A model generated the notes under the pieces. It worked only from the letters and a program-made list of their open reading frames with translations. It was not told the origin of the DNA and made no database searches. DNA of 64,000 bases, from the NCBI GenBank assembly GCA_963742735.1, contig CAVUMN010000004.1, positions 800,001 to 864,000 on the forward strand, written 5' to 3'. Of this stretch, positions 36,076-45,489 are shown in pieces. How positions within the stretch are numbered: the stretch's first letter is position 1; each line of letters begins with the position of its first letter. The position numbers and the translations under genes are program-made. This DNA is from an uncultured Actinomycetes bacterium. GTDB taxonomy: Bacteria > Actinomycetota > UBA4738 > JBBDTT01.

Positions 36076-37811
36076 CTCCGGAACCAGCCCGCCGGGTCCA
36101 TCAGCCGCAGCGTGTGCAGCTCCTCGCGGGTGGGCGGCTCGACGCGGCGAACCTCCCGGGCGACGCGGAGGTCCCAGCCGCACGCCTCGCGGGCCTCGCG
36201 CACGCCGGCGTCGACGTCGTCACCCGCCACGGCGACCAGGACGAGCTCGTCGCCGTCCTTCTCGTACGTGCCGAGCTGGGACACGACCGAGCGCACCCGT
36301 CCGCCCGGTGCCGTGACGTAGGCCACCCGCTCCACGAACCGTTCGCGCGACTGGGCGGCGACCACGACCGTCTCCCTGGCGCACGTCACGACGTCGTTCG
36401 CGCCGCCGGAGCCCATGAGCATCCGGTCGGGCAGGCGGGTCGAGTTCAGGTTCCCGAGCCGGTCCACCTGCGCCGCGCCCAGGGCGCCCACCGCGCGCGC
36501 GGTGGACCCTCCGACCAGGACCGACAGGGTCCAGTCGATGTCGGCGAGCATGGTGCAGCCGGGGAAGTTGCGGGGGTTGAACAGGAGCGGGTCGCCGGGA
36601 ACCGGCCAGTAGCCGATCAGCCCCATCTCGGCGGCGAGGTCCACCGGGATCCCCTCGTCGCGAAGGGCGAACGCCGCGAGCCACGCCGCCAGGTTCGCCA
36701 TCCCCGCCCCGGCGAGGATGACCCGGTGGCCCTCGGCGCGGATCCGTTCCGCCAGCACGCGGCTCCCCGTGACGATCGCCGCCTCGAGGGCCGAATGCCC
36801 CGCGTCCAGGTCCACCTGCGGCAGCGCCGCCTCGAGGTCCTCCCGCCAGGTCTCCGGCCGGACCCGCCGCCGCAGCCCGGCGACACGCTCGGCCCCGAGC
36901 AGCTTCACGTACGCCTCGTGCGTCGGCCGGTCCAGGACCCAGTCGCGGATCCAGGCCTCCATCAAGCGCGGGTCGCGCGACGCCTCCCGGATGGCCAGCC
37001 AGAATTCGAAGTCGTCGGCGTAGCCCTCGACGGCGTCGTCGAGCCCCGCCGGAACCAGCCCGCCCGGATGGCCTCCCAGCGGCGCCTCGACGACGGCCGC
37101 GACCGCGCTCGCCGGGATGCGGGTGAGGTGCGCATGGCTGCGCAGGTACTCCGGCTCGACCAGCCGCTCGACGGTGACGATCGCGCCCCGTCGGGCGGCG
37201 AGCGCCCCGTAGACGTTCTCCATGAGCGGGGGCGAGAGCAGGACGTTGCCGAACGGATCGGCCGCCGGCGCGTGCAGGATCGAGACGTCGGGGACCAGGG
37301 CGGAGACGAGCCCGAGACCCGGCTCGAGCTCGCGGTACGCGTGCGGGGCGTTCTCCTCGCCCATCGTCGAGCCGGCGAGGGACGTCGTCGTCGTCCACGC
37401 GTGGCCTCGGGCCGCGGCGGCGAGGCGCTGTACGAAGGTCAGCAGCGACCAGTGCTCGATCTCCAGGCCGGTGTCGAACGCGCGCTGGTAGACCGGGTTC
37501 GCCCCGGGGGACATGTACGAGTCGCCGATCCAGCTGGTGACCAGCCGGCGGGCCAGGTCGGCATGCACGAGAGCCGCGCCGGGCGTCGTGAACTGCACGG
37601 CGAGCAGGTCGAACGCGGGATCGGTTCCGCGGAATTGCCGGAGCAGCTCCCAGAAGGCCGCGCTCCAGCGCGTGTGCGTCACGCCGAGATGCACGGCGTC
37701 GCCGGGCCGCACGTGGCGCTCGATCGCCTCGTCCAGCGAGACGACCACGTCGCCGCGGGGCTCGGGCGCACGGAACCGCCGCTCGAGCAGCGCCTCGACT
37801 TCGGGGTCCAT
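36072..37811 (-). CDS. Family I CoA-transferase with fused alpha and beta parts (glutaconate CoA-transferase-like)
   Basis: PDVSILHAPAADPFGN, AEMG, GAAQVDRLGNLNST, GSGGAND and YVTAPG motifs. Confidence 0.85.
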   Translation of the reverse strand: MDPEVEALLERRFRAPEPRGDVVVSLDEAIERHVRPGDAVHLGVTHTRWSAAFWELLRQFRGTDPAFDLLAVQFTTPGAALVHADLARRLVTSWIGDSYMSPGANPVYQRAFDTGLEIEHWSLLTFVQRLAAAARGHAWTTTTSLAGSTMGEENAPHAYRELEPGLGLVSALVPDVSILHAPAADPFGNVLLSPPLMENVYGALAARRGAIVTVERLVEPEYLRSHAHLTRIPASAVAAVVEAPLGGHPGGLVPAGLDDAVEGYADDFEFWLAIREASRDPRLMEAWIRDWVLDRPTHEAYVKLLGAERVAGLRRRVRPETWREDLEAALPQVDLDAGHSALEAAIVTGSRVLAERIRAEGHRVILAGAGMANLAAWLAAFALRDEGIPVDLAAEMGLIGYWPVPGDPLLFNPRNFPGCTMLADIDWTLSVLVGGSTARAVGALGAAQVDRLGNLNSTRLPDRMLMGSGGANDVVTCARETVVVAAQSRERFVERVAYVTAPGGRVRSVVSQLGTYEKDGDELVLVAVAGDDVDAGVREAREACGWDLRVAREVRRVEPPTREELHTLRLMDPAGWFRS

Positions 37812-37836
37812 GTGGGTGGGTAAGATGCCACGTCCC

Positions 37837-38502
37837 ATGACCCCCGCGAGGAAGCGCACCGCCGCCGCGACCGCCGAGCCCGTCCGACGCGCGATGGGAC
37901 CCCAGGGTGAGCGCACCCGCCGCAAGCTGCTGGAGGCCGCCCGGACGGCGTTCAAGGAGCGCGGCTACGCCTCGACGCGGGTGGACGACATCGCCCGGGA
38001 AGCCGGGACCAGCCACGGCGCGTTCTACCTGTACTTCTCGAACAAGGCCGACGTCCTGGAGGCCCTGGCGGTCGAGACCTCGGAGCGGATGATCAACCTG
38101 GCCGACGAGCTCGAGGGGATCGAGGTCGGAGCCGACGGCTACGCCCACATCCGCACCTGGGTCGACACGTTCGTCCGGTCCTACGCGCACGACGCGCCGG
38201 TGCTGAACGCGTGGGTGCAGGGCGCCACCGAGGATGCCCGCTTCGACAAGCTCGGCCGCAACCTCCTCGGCCGCTACTCCGAGAAGATCGGCAAGGCCAT
38301 CGAGCGCAGCGTGAAGCGGGACGGCCGGCCGCTGGACTCGCGCATCGCGGGGACGGCGCTCGTCGCGATGCTCGAGCGGGTCTGCTATTTCATGATGGTT
38401 CGCGGCGCCGGCCTGGACCACGAGGCGGCCGTCGACACGCTCACCACGCTCTGCTACCAGGCCATCTTCGGGGCCCACCCCGAGCCCAGCGCCGCGCGCT
38501 GA
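37837..38502 (+). CDS. TetR/AcrR family regulator
   Basis: TRRKLLEAA...GYASTRVDDIAREAGTSHGAFYLYFSNK HTH; start could be 37825. Confidence 0.93.
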   Translation: MTPARKRTAAATAEPVRRAMGPQGERTRRKLLEAARTAFKERGYASTRVDDIAREAGTSHGAFYLYFSNKADVLEALAVETSERMINLADELEGIEVGADGYAHIRTWVDTFVRSYAHDAPVLNAWVQGATEDARFDKLGRNLLGRYSEKIGKAIERSVKRDGRPLDSRIAGTALVAMLERVCYFMMVRGAGLDHEAAVDTLTTLCYQAIFGAHPEPSAAR

Positions 38503-38505
38503 CGG

Positions 38506-39693
38506 CTACCTCGCGGGCGAGAACACCACCGGCAGCGACGGCGGCGAACGGAAGGCGTACCCGTGCACGTGCGGATCCTCGGCCTGCGGGTCGAGCTCCA
38601 GGTCCGGCAGCCGGTCGAACAGCGCGTTCAACGCGACGGTCGTCTCGAGCCGTCCGAGGTGCGCGCCCAGGCAGTAGTGGTGCCCGCCGCCGAACGCGAG
38701 GTGAGGCGGGCCCTTCCGGCGCAGGTCGAAGCGAGCCGGATCCTCGAACCTCGTCTCGTCGCGGTTGGCCGAGCCGATGAAGCCCGTGAGCCCGGAGCCG
38801 GCGGGAAGGTCGACGCCGCTCAGGGTGACCGGGGCGGTCGTTCGTCGGGAGACGAACTGCACGGGCGACTCCCACCGAAGGGCCTCCTCGATGGCCGGCT
38901 CGAGCAGCGCCCGGTCATCCCGCACCGCGTCCAGCGCTTCGTCGTCCGTCAGCAGCGCGAACAGCAGGTTCCCCAGCAGCCGGAACGTCGTCTCCGCCCC
39001 GGCCGGCAGGAGCAGCCGGAGGAACCCGAGGATCTCCTCGTCCGGCAGCGCCTCGCCGTCGAGCTCGACCGCGGTCAGCTCGGAGATGAGGTCCTCCCGT
39101 GGATCGGCCCGGCGCTCCGAGATGATCCCGGTGAAGTAGGTCCCCAGCTCCTGCGACGCGGCGATGCCGCGCATCGGGTCGACGGCCATGCTGATCATGT
39201 CGATGGAGAGCCGCGCGAAGCGGCCGTAGTCGTCGGAGGCGATCCCCAGGATCCGGGCGATGATCCGGATGGGCAGCTGGAACGCCAGCTCGCGCACCAG
39301 GTCGGCCCGCCCCGCCCCCGCGAACCGTTCGACCAGCTCGCGGGCGGTGGGTTCGATCTGGGAGACCTCCCACGCGGCGAGGACCTTTCGCCGGAACGCG
39401 TGCGCCACCAGCGCCCGGTGCTCCTGATGCTCCCGGCCGTCCATCTGCAGGATGGTGGGACCGAACACCATGCCGACGTCGTCGGCGTAGGACGACGACG
39501 AGAACGTCGTGTTGTCGCCGAGGATCCGCTCGACGTCGTCGTACCGGTACACGCCGATGATCTCCCGCCCGAAATGCACGGTCGTCGAGACCGGCGCCTC
39601 CCGGCGAGCCCGCGCGTAGTCGGGGTACGGGTCGCGGACGTCGCCTACCGCGGTGTCGGCGAACAGGTCGAGGCCCGCGAAGGCCTCGTCCAT
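38506..39693 (-). CDS. Cytochrome P450
   Basis: AGAETT, EALR and HLAFGGGHHYCLG motifs. Confidence 0.95.
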   Translation of the reverse strand: MDEAFAGLDLFADTAVGDVRDPYPDYARARREAPVSTTVHFGREIIGVYRYDDVERILGDNTTFSSSSYADDVGMVFGPTILQMDGREHQEHRALVAHAFRRKVLAAWEVSQIEPTARELVERFAGAGRADLVRELAFQLPIRIIARILGIASDDYGRFARLSIDMISMAVDPMRGIAASQELGTYFTGIISERRADPREDLISELTAVELDGEALPDEEILGFLRLLLPAGAETTFRLLGNLLFALLTDDEALDAVRDDRALLEPAIEEALRWESPVQFVSRRTTAPVTLSGVDLPAGSGLTGFIGSANRDETRFEDPARFDLRRKGPPHLAFGGGHHYCLGAHLGRLETTVALNALFDRLPDLELDPQAEDPHVHGYAFRSPPSLPVVFSPAR

Positions 39694-39707
39694 GGTGCCG
39701 GCGCCGC

Positions 39708-40895
39708 TCACGCGGCGGTGAAGGCGACCGGGACGGACGTGGGCGACCGGAAGGCGAACCCGACCACGTGCGGGTCGTCCTCGCCGGGCTCCAGCCGCAG
39801 ATCCGTGAGGCGGTCGAGGAGCGCGCCCACGGCGACCTGGGCCTCGAGCCGGGCCAGGTGGGCGCCCAGACAGAAGTGCGGCCCGTCGCCGAACGCCACG
39901 TGGGACTGGGGCGCGCGGTCCAGGTCGAAGCGCTCCGGCTCGTCCCACCGGAGGTCGTCGTGGTTCGCGGCCCCCAGGGCCACGGTCACGGGGACCTTCG
40001 CCGGGATGGTGACGCCGGCGATCTCCGTCTCGGCCGTGGTCTCCCGCGCGGCGAACTGGACGGGCGACTCCCACCGCAGCGCCTCCTCGACCGCCGGCGC
40101 GACGAGGGATCGGTCGGCCCGCACGCGCTCGAGCGTCTCCGGCTGCGACACCAGGGCGAACATCGCGCTGCCGATCAGCCGGTAGGTCGTCCCGGCGCCG
40201 GCGGGGACCAACAGCCGCAGGAAGCTGTGGATCAGGTCGTCGTCCAGGCGCTCGCCGTCGAGCTCGGCCCGGACCAGGTCGCTGATGAGGTCCTCGCGTG
40301 GCTCGCGGCGCCGGTCCTCGATCATCGGGTCGAAGTACGCCTTCAGGCCCTCCTTCGCCTCGAGCGCGCCGGCCGGGTCCATCACGGAGCGCTCGAGCTG
40401 GACGGCCCGCTGCAGCCACATCGCGGTGTCCTCGCGAGGCACCCCGACCATCCGGGCGATGATCAGCGCGGGGAACTGCCACGAGAACTCGCGGACCAGC
40501 TCCGCGTGTCCACGTCCGGCGAATCGATCGATCAGCTCGTGCGCCGTCGGCGCGATCAGCTCGGACTCCCACCGGCGAACCGCCTTCGGCCTGAACGCGT
40601 GCCCGATCAACCCGCGGTGCGTGACGTGGTCGCGCCCGTCCATCTCCATGACCGTCCGGCCCAGGAAGGTCCGCATCCAGCGGCCGTTGATCCGGCTCGA
40701 GAACGTGTCGGGGTCCCCGAGGACCCGTTCGGCCTCCTCGAAGCGGTAGACCATGAAGACGGAGGCGCCGAAGTGGTCGACGTTGACGACCGGTCCGCGG
40801 GCGCGGGTCTCCGCGTAACCGGAGTAGGGATCGCGAACGTTGCCGATGTTCGCCTCGGCGACGTCCAGCGCGGGCGGCTCGGCCTGCACCTGCAC
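39708..40895 (-). CDS. Cytochrome P450 (tandem paralog)
   Basis: AGAGTT, EALR and HVAFGDGPHFCLG motifs; start placed at GTG 40895. Confidence 0.93.
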   Translation of the reverse strand: MQVQAEPPALDVAEANIGNVRDPYSGYAETRARGPVVNVDHFGASVFMVYRFEEAERVLGDPDTFSSRINGRWMRTFLGRTVMEMDGRDHVTHRGLIGHAFRPKAVRRWESELIAPTAHELIDRFAGRGHAELVREFSWQFPALIIARMVGVPREDTAMWLQRAVQLERSVMDPAGALEAKEGLKAYFDPMIEDRRREPREDLISDLVRAELDGERLDDDLIHSFLRLLVPAGAGTTYRLIGSAMFALVSQPETLERVRADRSLVAPAVEEALRWESPVQFAARETTAETEIAGVTIPAKVPVTVALGAANHDDLRWDEPERFDLDRAPQSHVAFGDGPHFCLGAHLARLEAQVAVGALLDRLTDLRLEPGEDDPHVVGFAFRSPTSVPVAFTAA

Positions 40896-40949
40896 GGAAG
40901 GATCATCGCCCACGGCGCGCACGCGGGGTCAACCGGTACGCTCGCACGT

Positions 40950-42542
40950 GTGACCAGGGCGGAGCGCCAGGCCGAGTACCGCAAGCGCGGGTACTGGCGC
41001 CCGGAGACGCTCGCCGGCCGCCGAGCGACCATCACCGCCCGAGGCCCCGGGGGCGTGGCCATCCTCGAGGGCGGACGCTCGCTCACGTTCGGGGAGGTTC
41101 ACGAGCTCGTCGAGCGCCTGGCCGGACACCTCGCGGCGTGGGACGTCGGCCCCGGCGACGTCGTGTCCTGGCAGCTGCCGAACTGGTGGGAGGCGGTGAT
41201 CGTCCATCACGCCGCGCTTCGGCTCGGGGCCGTCCCCAACCCGCTGAACGCGATCTTCAAGGCCCGCGAGCTCCAGTTCGTCCTGCCCCAGGCGCGGCCG
41301 AAGGTGCTGATCGCCGCGAGCCGGATGCGCCGGTTCGACTCGGGGCCCCTCGCGGTGAAGCTCGCATCCACGGTCGGCACGATCGAGAACGTGGTCACCG
41401 TTCGCGGCGCCGTGCAGGGTGCCGCCGAGCTCGAGGACCTGCTGAGCGAGCCGTCCCCGCCGCCGCCCCCGCCGCCGAAGGACCCCGCCGCCGACGCGCT
41501 GCTCCTCTACACCAGCGGGTCGACGGGCGATCCCAAGGGCGTCCGCCATTCGCACGAGACGCTCCTGTACGAGATGGAGTCGCTCGTCCCCGTCCACGCC
41601 CTGAGCCCGGAGGACCGCTACCTGGGCGGCGCCCCGGTCTCGCACATCGCGGGGCTCGTCTACGGCGTGCTGATGCCCTTCGCGCTCGGGACGAGCACCA
41701 CGTTCATCGAGCGGTGGGAGCCGGCGCGGGCGCTGGAAGCCATCGAACGCGACCGGGCAACGTTCCAGACGGGCACGCCGACGTTCCTGCAGACGCTGGC
41801 CGAGGACTCGGCCGCCTCGAGGCGAGGGCTGTCGTCCTTCCGGCTGTTCTCCACCGGCGGGGCCACGATCCCCGTCGAGGCGATCATCGAGGCCGGCCGC
41901 CGGCTCGGTTGTGTGGTGAAGCGCGCCTACGGCTCGACGGAGGTGCCGACCCTGACCGGCTCCGCGCTCGACGAGCCCGAGGACGTTCGGCTGCGCACCG
42001 ACGGCCGCGCCATCCGGCCCGCCGAGATCCGCATCGCGCGCCGCGACGGGACCGAGGCCGACCGCGAGGAGGAGGGCCAGATCCTGGCCCGCTCGCCGGA
42101 GGTGTTCCGCGGCTACGTCGATCCCCAGCTGGACGGGAGCGTCTTCAACGCGGAGGGGTGGTACCGGACGGGAGATCTGGGACTGCTCGACGAGCGGAAG
42201 TGCCTTCGTGTCACCGGTCGGCTCCAGGACGTGATCATCCGAGGGGGCGAGAACATCAGCGCCCGCGAGATCGAGGAGCTCCTGCTGGCCCACTCCGCGG
42301 TCTCGGAGGTCGCCGTCGTGGGTGTGCCCGACGACCGGCTGGGCGAGACGGCGTGCGCCGTCGTGGTGCTGCGGAAGGGCTTCGTGCTCACCTTCGAGGA
42401 GATGAGCGCGTACCTGCGCGCCCGGCAGATCGCCACCCAGAAGATCCCCGAGCGGCTCGAGGTCCGGACGCGGCGGCTGCCCCGCACCGCCAGCGGCAAG
42501 GTCCAGAAGGCGGCGCTGCGCGAGGCGCTCACGGCGGGCTAG
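40950..42542 (+). CDS. AMP-forming acyl-CoA ligase (cyclohexanecarboxylate-CoA ligase-like)
   Basis: YRKRGYW, QLPNW, YTSGSTGDPKG, YGSTE, TGDLG and RGGENIS motifs; TACGCT-N7-GTG start. Confidence 0.92.
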   Translation: MTRAERQAEYRKRGYWRPETLAGRRATITARGPGGVAILEGGRSLTFGEVHELVERLAGHLAAWDVGPGDVVSWQLPNWWEAVIVHHAALRLGAVPNPLNAIFKARELQFVLPQARPKVLIAASRMRRFDSGPLAVKLASTVGTIENVVTVRGAVQGAAELEDLLSEPSPPPPPPPKDPAADALLLYTSGSTGDPKGVRHSHETLLYEMESLVPVHALSPEDRYLGGAPVSHIAGLVYGVLMPFALGTSTTFIERWEPARALEAIERDRATFQTGTPTFLQTLAEDSAASRRGLSSFRLFSTGGATIPVEAIIEAGRRLGCVVKRAYGSTEVPTLTGSALDEPEDVRLRTDGRAIRPAEIRIARRDGTEADREEEGQILARSPEVFRGYVDPQLDGSVFNAEGWYRTGDLGLLDERKCLRVTGRLQDVIIRGGENISAREIEELLLAHSAVSEVAVVGVPDDRLGETACAVVVLRKGFVLTFEEMSAYLRARQIATQKIPERLEVRTRRLPRTASGKVQKAALREALTAG

Positions 42543-43729
42543 ACGACGCCGTCGGCCCGGAGGGCGTCCAGATCCTCCGGTGTCACCCCCAGCAGCTCCG
42601 TGAGGATCTCCTCGGTGTGCGCGCCGAGCTCCGGGGCTCCGGTCGGGACGCGCAGCGGCGTCCGGTCCAGCCGCGGCGTGGGGGCCTGCTGGCGGACCGT
42701 ACCGAGCACGGGGTCCTCGATGGAGACGATCGCGTTCCGGGCCAGGACGTGGAGGTCCGCCGCGATCTCGTCGGCGGCGTAGACGCGACTGACCGGGACC
42801 TGGTGCTCGACGAGCGTCCGCTCGATCTCGTCGATCGTCCGGGTGCGGCACCACGCCGCGACCTCCTCGTTGATGGCGTCGGCGTTACGGGCTCGCGCCT
42901 CGAGCGAGGAGAAACGTTCATCGTTGAACAGTTCCGGGCGTCCCATCGCGCCGCACAGGCGGGGGAACAGGACGTCCCCGGCCGCGGCGATGCACACGTA
43001 GCGGCCGTCGGAGGTCTCGTAGTTGTCGAGCGGGGCCGAGTTGGGCAGACGGTTGCCGGCCCGCTCGCGGACCAGGCCCAGGCGGTCGTGCGCGGCGATC
43101 GTCCACTCCATGACCCGCAGGACGCTCTCGTAGAGGGCGGCCTCGACGCACTGACCCTCGCCGCTGCGCTCACGCTCCACGAGCGCCGCCAGGATCCCCA
43201 CGGTGTTGAACAGCCCGGTCAGGTAGTCGGCGATGACGACGCCCGGACGGACCGGTGGCCGATCGGGGTGGCCGGTGATGTGCAGGAGCCCGCCCAGGGC
43301 GATCCCGTTGCGGTCCAGCCCGGGGCGGTCGGCGTACGGCCCGTCCTGGCCGTAGACGGTGACCCTCGAGACGATCAGGCGGGGGTTGATCGCGCGCAGG
43401 TCCTCAGGCGCCAGGTTCCACCGCTCGAGCGTCCCCGGCTGGAAGTTCTCGACCAGGACGTCGGCGTGGGGGACCAGCCGGCGGAGCAGGTCCTGGCCGG
43501 CCGGCTTCGAGAGGTCGATCGTCACCGAGCGCCGGCCGCGGCCCTCCACGGCCCAGAACAGCGACACGTCGCCGTCGAAGGGCGGGATCGTTCGAAGGAA
43601 GTCGCCCGTGCCCGGCCGCTCGACCTTGATCACATCCGCCCCGAGCTCTCCCAGGAGCGTGGCCGCGAACGGGGCGCCGATGCGCGTCCCCAGGTCCAGG
43701 ACCCGGATCCCGTCGAGGGCGCCGGTCAC
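42539..43729 (-). CDS. Family III CoA-transferase (CaiB/BaiF)
   Basis: LDGIRVLDL, LGADVIKVE, ENFQPG and ADY motifs. Confidence 0.94.
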   Translation of the reverse strand: MTGALDGIRVLDLGTRIGAPFAATLLGELGADVIKVERPGTGDFLRTIPPFDGDVSLFWAVEGRGRRSVTIDLSKPAGQDLLRRLVPHADVLVENFQPGTLERWNLAPEDLRAINPRLIVSRVTVYGQDGPYADRPGLDRNGIALGGLLHITGHPDRPPVRPGVVIADYLTGLFNTVGILAALVERERSGEGQCVEAALYESVLRVMEWTIAAHDRLGLVRERAGNRLPNSAPLDNYETSDGRYVCIAAAGDVLFPRLCGAMGRPELFNDERFSSLEARARNADAINEEVAAWCRTRTIDEIERTLVEHQVPVSRVYAADEIAADLHVLARNAIVSIEDPVLGTVRQQAPTPRLDRTPLRVPTGAPELGAHTEEILTELLGVTPEDLDALRADGVV

Positions 43730-44571
43730 TTCGGCTTCGGTTGGAACGAGGCGTCGCGGTCCTCGAAGACCTCCTTCATGGAGCCCTTCTGCTTGCGCGC
43801 CTCCAGGGCGTCGAGCGAGGCCTTCGTGTTGTGCTGGAACTGGTGGACCATGAAGTGGTACTCGAGCGCATGGCGCCAGCCGGTCAGGTCCTGGGCCTGG
43901 TTGATCGAGCGCTTCACGTTCTGGACGGTGACCGGAGGCATCTGGGCGATGCGCTCGGCCAGGGCGAGCGTCTCCTTCTGGAGGGCCTCCGCCGGGACCA
44001 CTCGGTTCACCAGCCCGAGCCGCCAGGCCTCGCGCGCGTCGATGGCGTCGCCGGTCCACAGGAACTCCTTGGCCTTGCGGTAGCCGAGCTCTCCGGGCTC
44101 GATCAGGACCTCGACCGCGGCGCCGGTCATGCGCAGGACGGGGTTCTGGAAGGTGGCGTCCTCGGCGGCGACGATCAGATCGCACATGGCGGCGAGCATC
44201 AGCCCGGCCGCGACGCAGTGGCCCTGGACCATGGCGATCGTCGGGGTGTCCAGGTCGCGGATGGCCAGGCACTTGTCGAAGTAGAGCTTTCGCTCGTGCT
44301 CGAACTTGCCCTCGGGGGTCTTGCGCTTCTCGTGCCACTCGTCGGCCGCCGCCTCGCCGACGTAGGCCTTGAGGTCGTGCCCGGCCGAGAAGTCCTTCCC
44401 GGCGCCGGCCAGGACGATCACGTTGACCTCGGGGTCGCCGTCCGCCTCCCGCATCGTCGCGTCGAGCTCCAGGATCAGCTGCGTGTTCTGGGCGTTGCGA
44501 ACCTCGGGCCGGTCCATCGTGACGAGGGCGACGTTGCCGAGCTGCTCGACGTGCACCGCGCGATCGGCCAT
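43726..44571 (-). CDS. Enoyl-CoA hydratase/isomerase
   Basis: DRPEVRNAQN, FSAGHDL and AAGLMLAAMCD motifs; TAGGAT-N7-ATG start. Confidence 0.92.
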   Translation of the reverse strand: MADRAVHVEQLGNVALVTMDRPEVRNAQNTQLILELDATMREADGDPEVNVIVLAGAGKDFSAGHDLKAYVGEAAADEWHEKRKTPEGKFEHERKLYFDKCLAIRDLDTPTIAMVQGHCVAAGLMLAAMCDLIVAAEDATFQNPVLRMTGAAVEVLIEPGELGYRKAKEFLWTGDAIDAREAWRLGLVNRVVPAEALQKETLALAERIAQMPPVTVQNVKRSINQAQDLTGWRHALEYHFMVHQFQHNTKASLDALEARKQKGSMKEVFEDRDASFQPKPK

Positions 44572-44614
44572 CGCGGCCATCCTATCGGCGGGGGCGCGGG
44601 CCGAGCGTGGGGGA

Positions 44615-45028
44615 TCAGCTGTCTCGCACGTACCTCACCAGGCGTTCGTCCAGGTCGTAGCCGGCGGCCTCCCAGAACGCCCGGGCGCGATCGTCCTTGA
44701 CGTAGACGAGCGCCTGGATCCGGCGTGCGCCTCGGGTGCGCAGGGCGTCCTCCGCGGCGTTCACGAGCTCGAGTCCCAGCCCGGCCCGCCGGTGGTCCGG
44801 CAGGACGGCCAGCCGGTAGATCGATCCGCGCCAGCCGTCCCAGGCGGCGACGATTGCGCCGACGATGTCGCTGCCGTCCGTGGCGACCAGGAGCGACTCC
44901 TGGTCGCGGTCCAGGAGCGCGGTGACGGCCTCGGGGGAGTCGGGAACGCCCGGCTCGGCGGCGGCATCCCGCCACAGGCCGAGGACCGCCTCGACGTCGG
45001 CCCGCGACGCGGCCCGGATCTCCGTCAC
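44615..45028 (-). CDS. GNAT N-acetyltransferase (YpeA-like)
   Basis: WDGWRGSIYRLAVLPDHRRAGLG motif. Confidence 0.88.
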   Translation of the reverse strand: MTEIRAASRADVEAVLGLWRDAAAEPGVPDSPEAVTALLDRDQESLLVATDGSDIVGAIVAAWDGWRGSIYRLAVLPDHRRAGLGLELVNAAEDALRTRGARRIQALVYVKDDRARAFWEAAGYDLDERLVRYVRDS

Positions 45029-45489
45029 GATCCCTCGCGCGCCTCGACCAGGCGCTTGAGGCCGGGCATCTCCTCGTCGTTCAGATGCTGTTCGAGCCAC
45101 GGCCCGAACGCGCGCTCGATGCGCTTGGAGCCCGGGCCCTTGAGCCGGAAGTCCTCGGTGTGGCTGACCCGGATGCCCCCCTCGACGGGCTCGAACTCGA
45201 AGGACCCCACGAAGGCCTCCTGCATCAGGTTCGCCGGGAAGTCGAAGCTCACCGCCTCGATGTCGATGCGCTCGGGGAGCTTCAGGGTGATCTTGAGGAC
45301 GTTGCTTCCCCGCAGGAGCGGCCACTTCATGTAGCCGGTGGTGCGGACCAGGATCGTGTCCCCGGTCCGCTCGAGCACCTCCTGCTTGAGGATCTTCGTG
45401 TCGGCCTGCGGGTAGCCGTTCGGGTCCAGGATGAACTCGACGATCGCGTCGAGGGACGCGTTCACGACGACGGTTCCGGTGGCCTTCAT
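45025..45489 (-). CDS. SRPBCC / polyketide cyclase-like protein
   Basis: TVVVNAS...FI.D and C-terminal LKRLVE helix pattern. Confidence 0.7.
   Translation of the reverse strand: MKATGTVVVNASLDAIVEFILDPNGYPQADTKILKQEVLERTGDTILVRTTGYMKWPLLRGSNVLKITLKLPERIDIEAVSFDFPANLMQEAFVGSFEFEPVEGGIRVSHTEDFRLKGPGSKRIERAFGPWLEQHLNDEEMPGLKRLVEAREGS

Noticed and set aside
32575-37823. Giant ORFs of 1202 aa (32575..36183) and 1221 aa (34158..37823)
   Set aside because: Stop-poor frames in high-GC DNA. Only the last ~494 aa of the first (the FGGY kinase) are real; the rest is Arg/Gly/Pro-rich shadow
42916-42929. Intragenic inverted repeat GTTCA-TCGT-TGAAC
   Set aside because: Only 5-bp arms inside a CDS, consistent with chance
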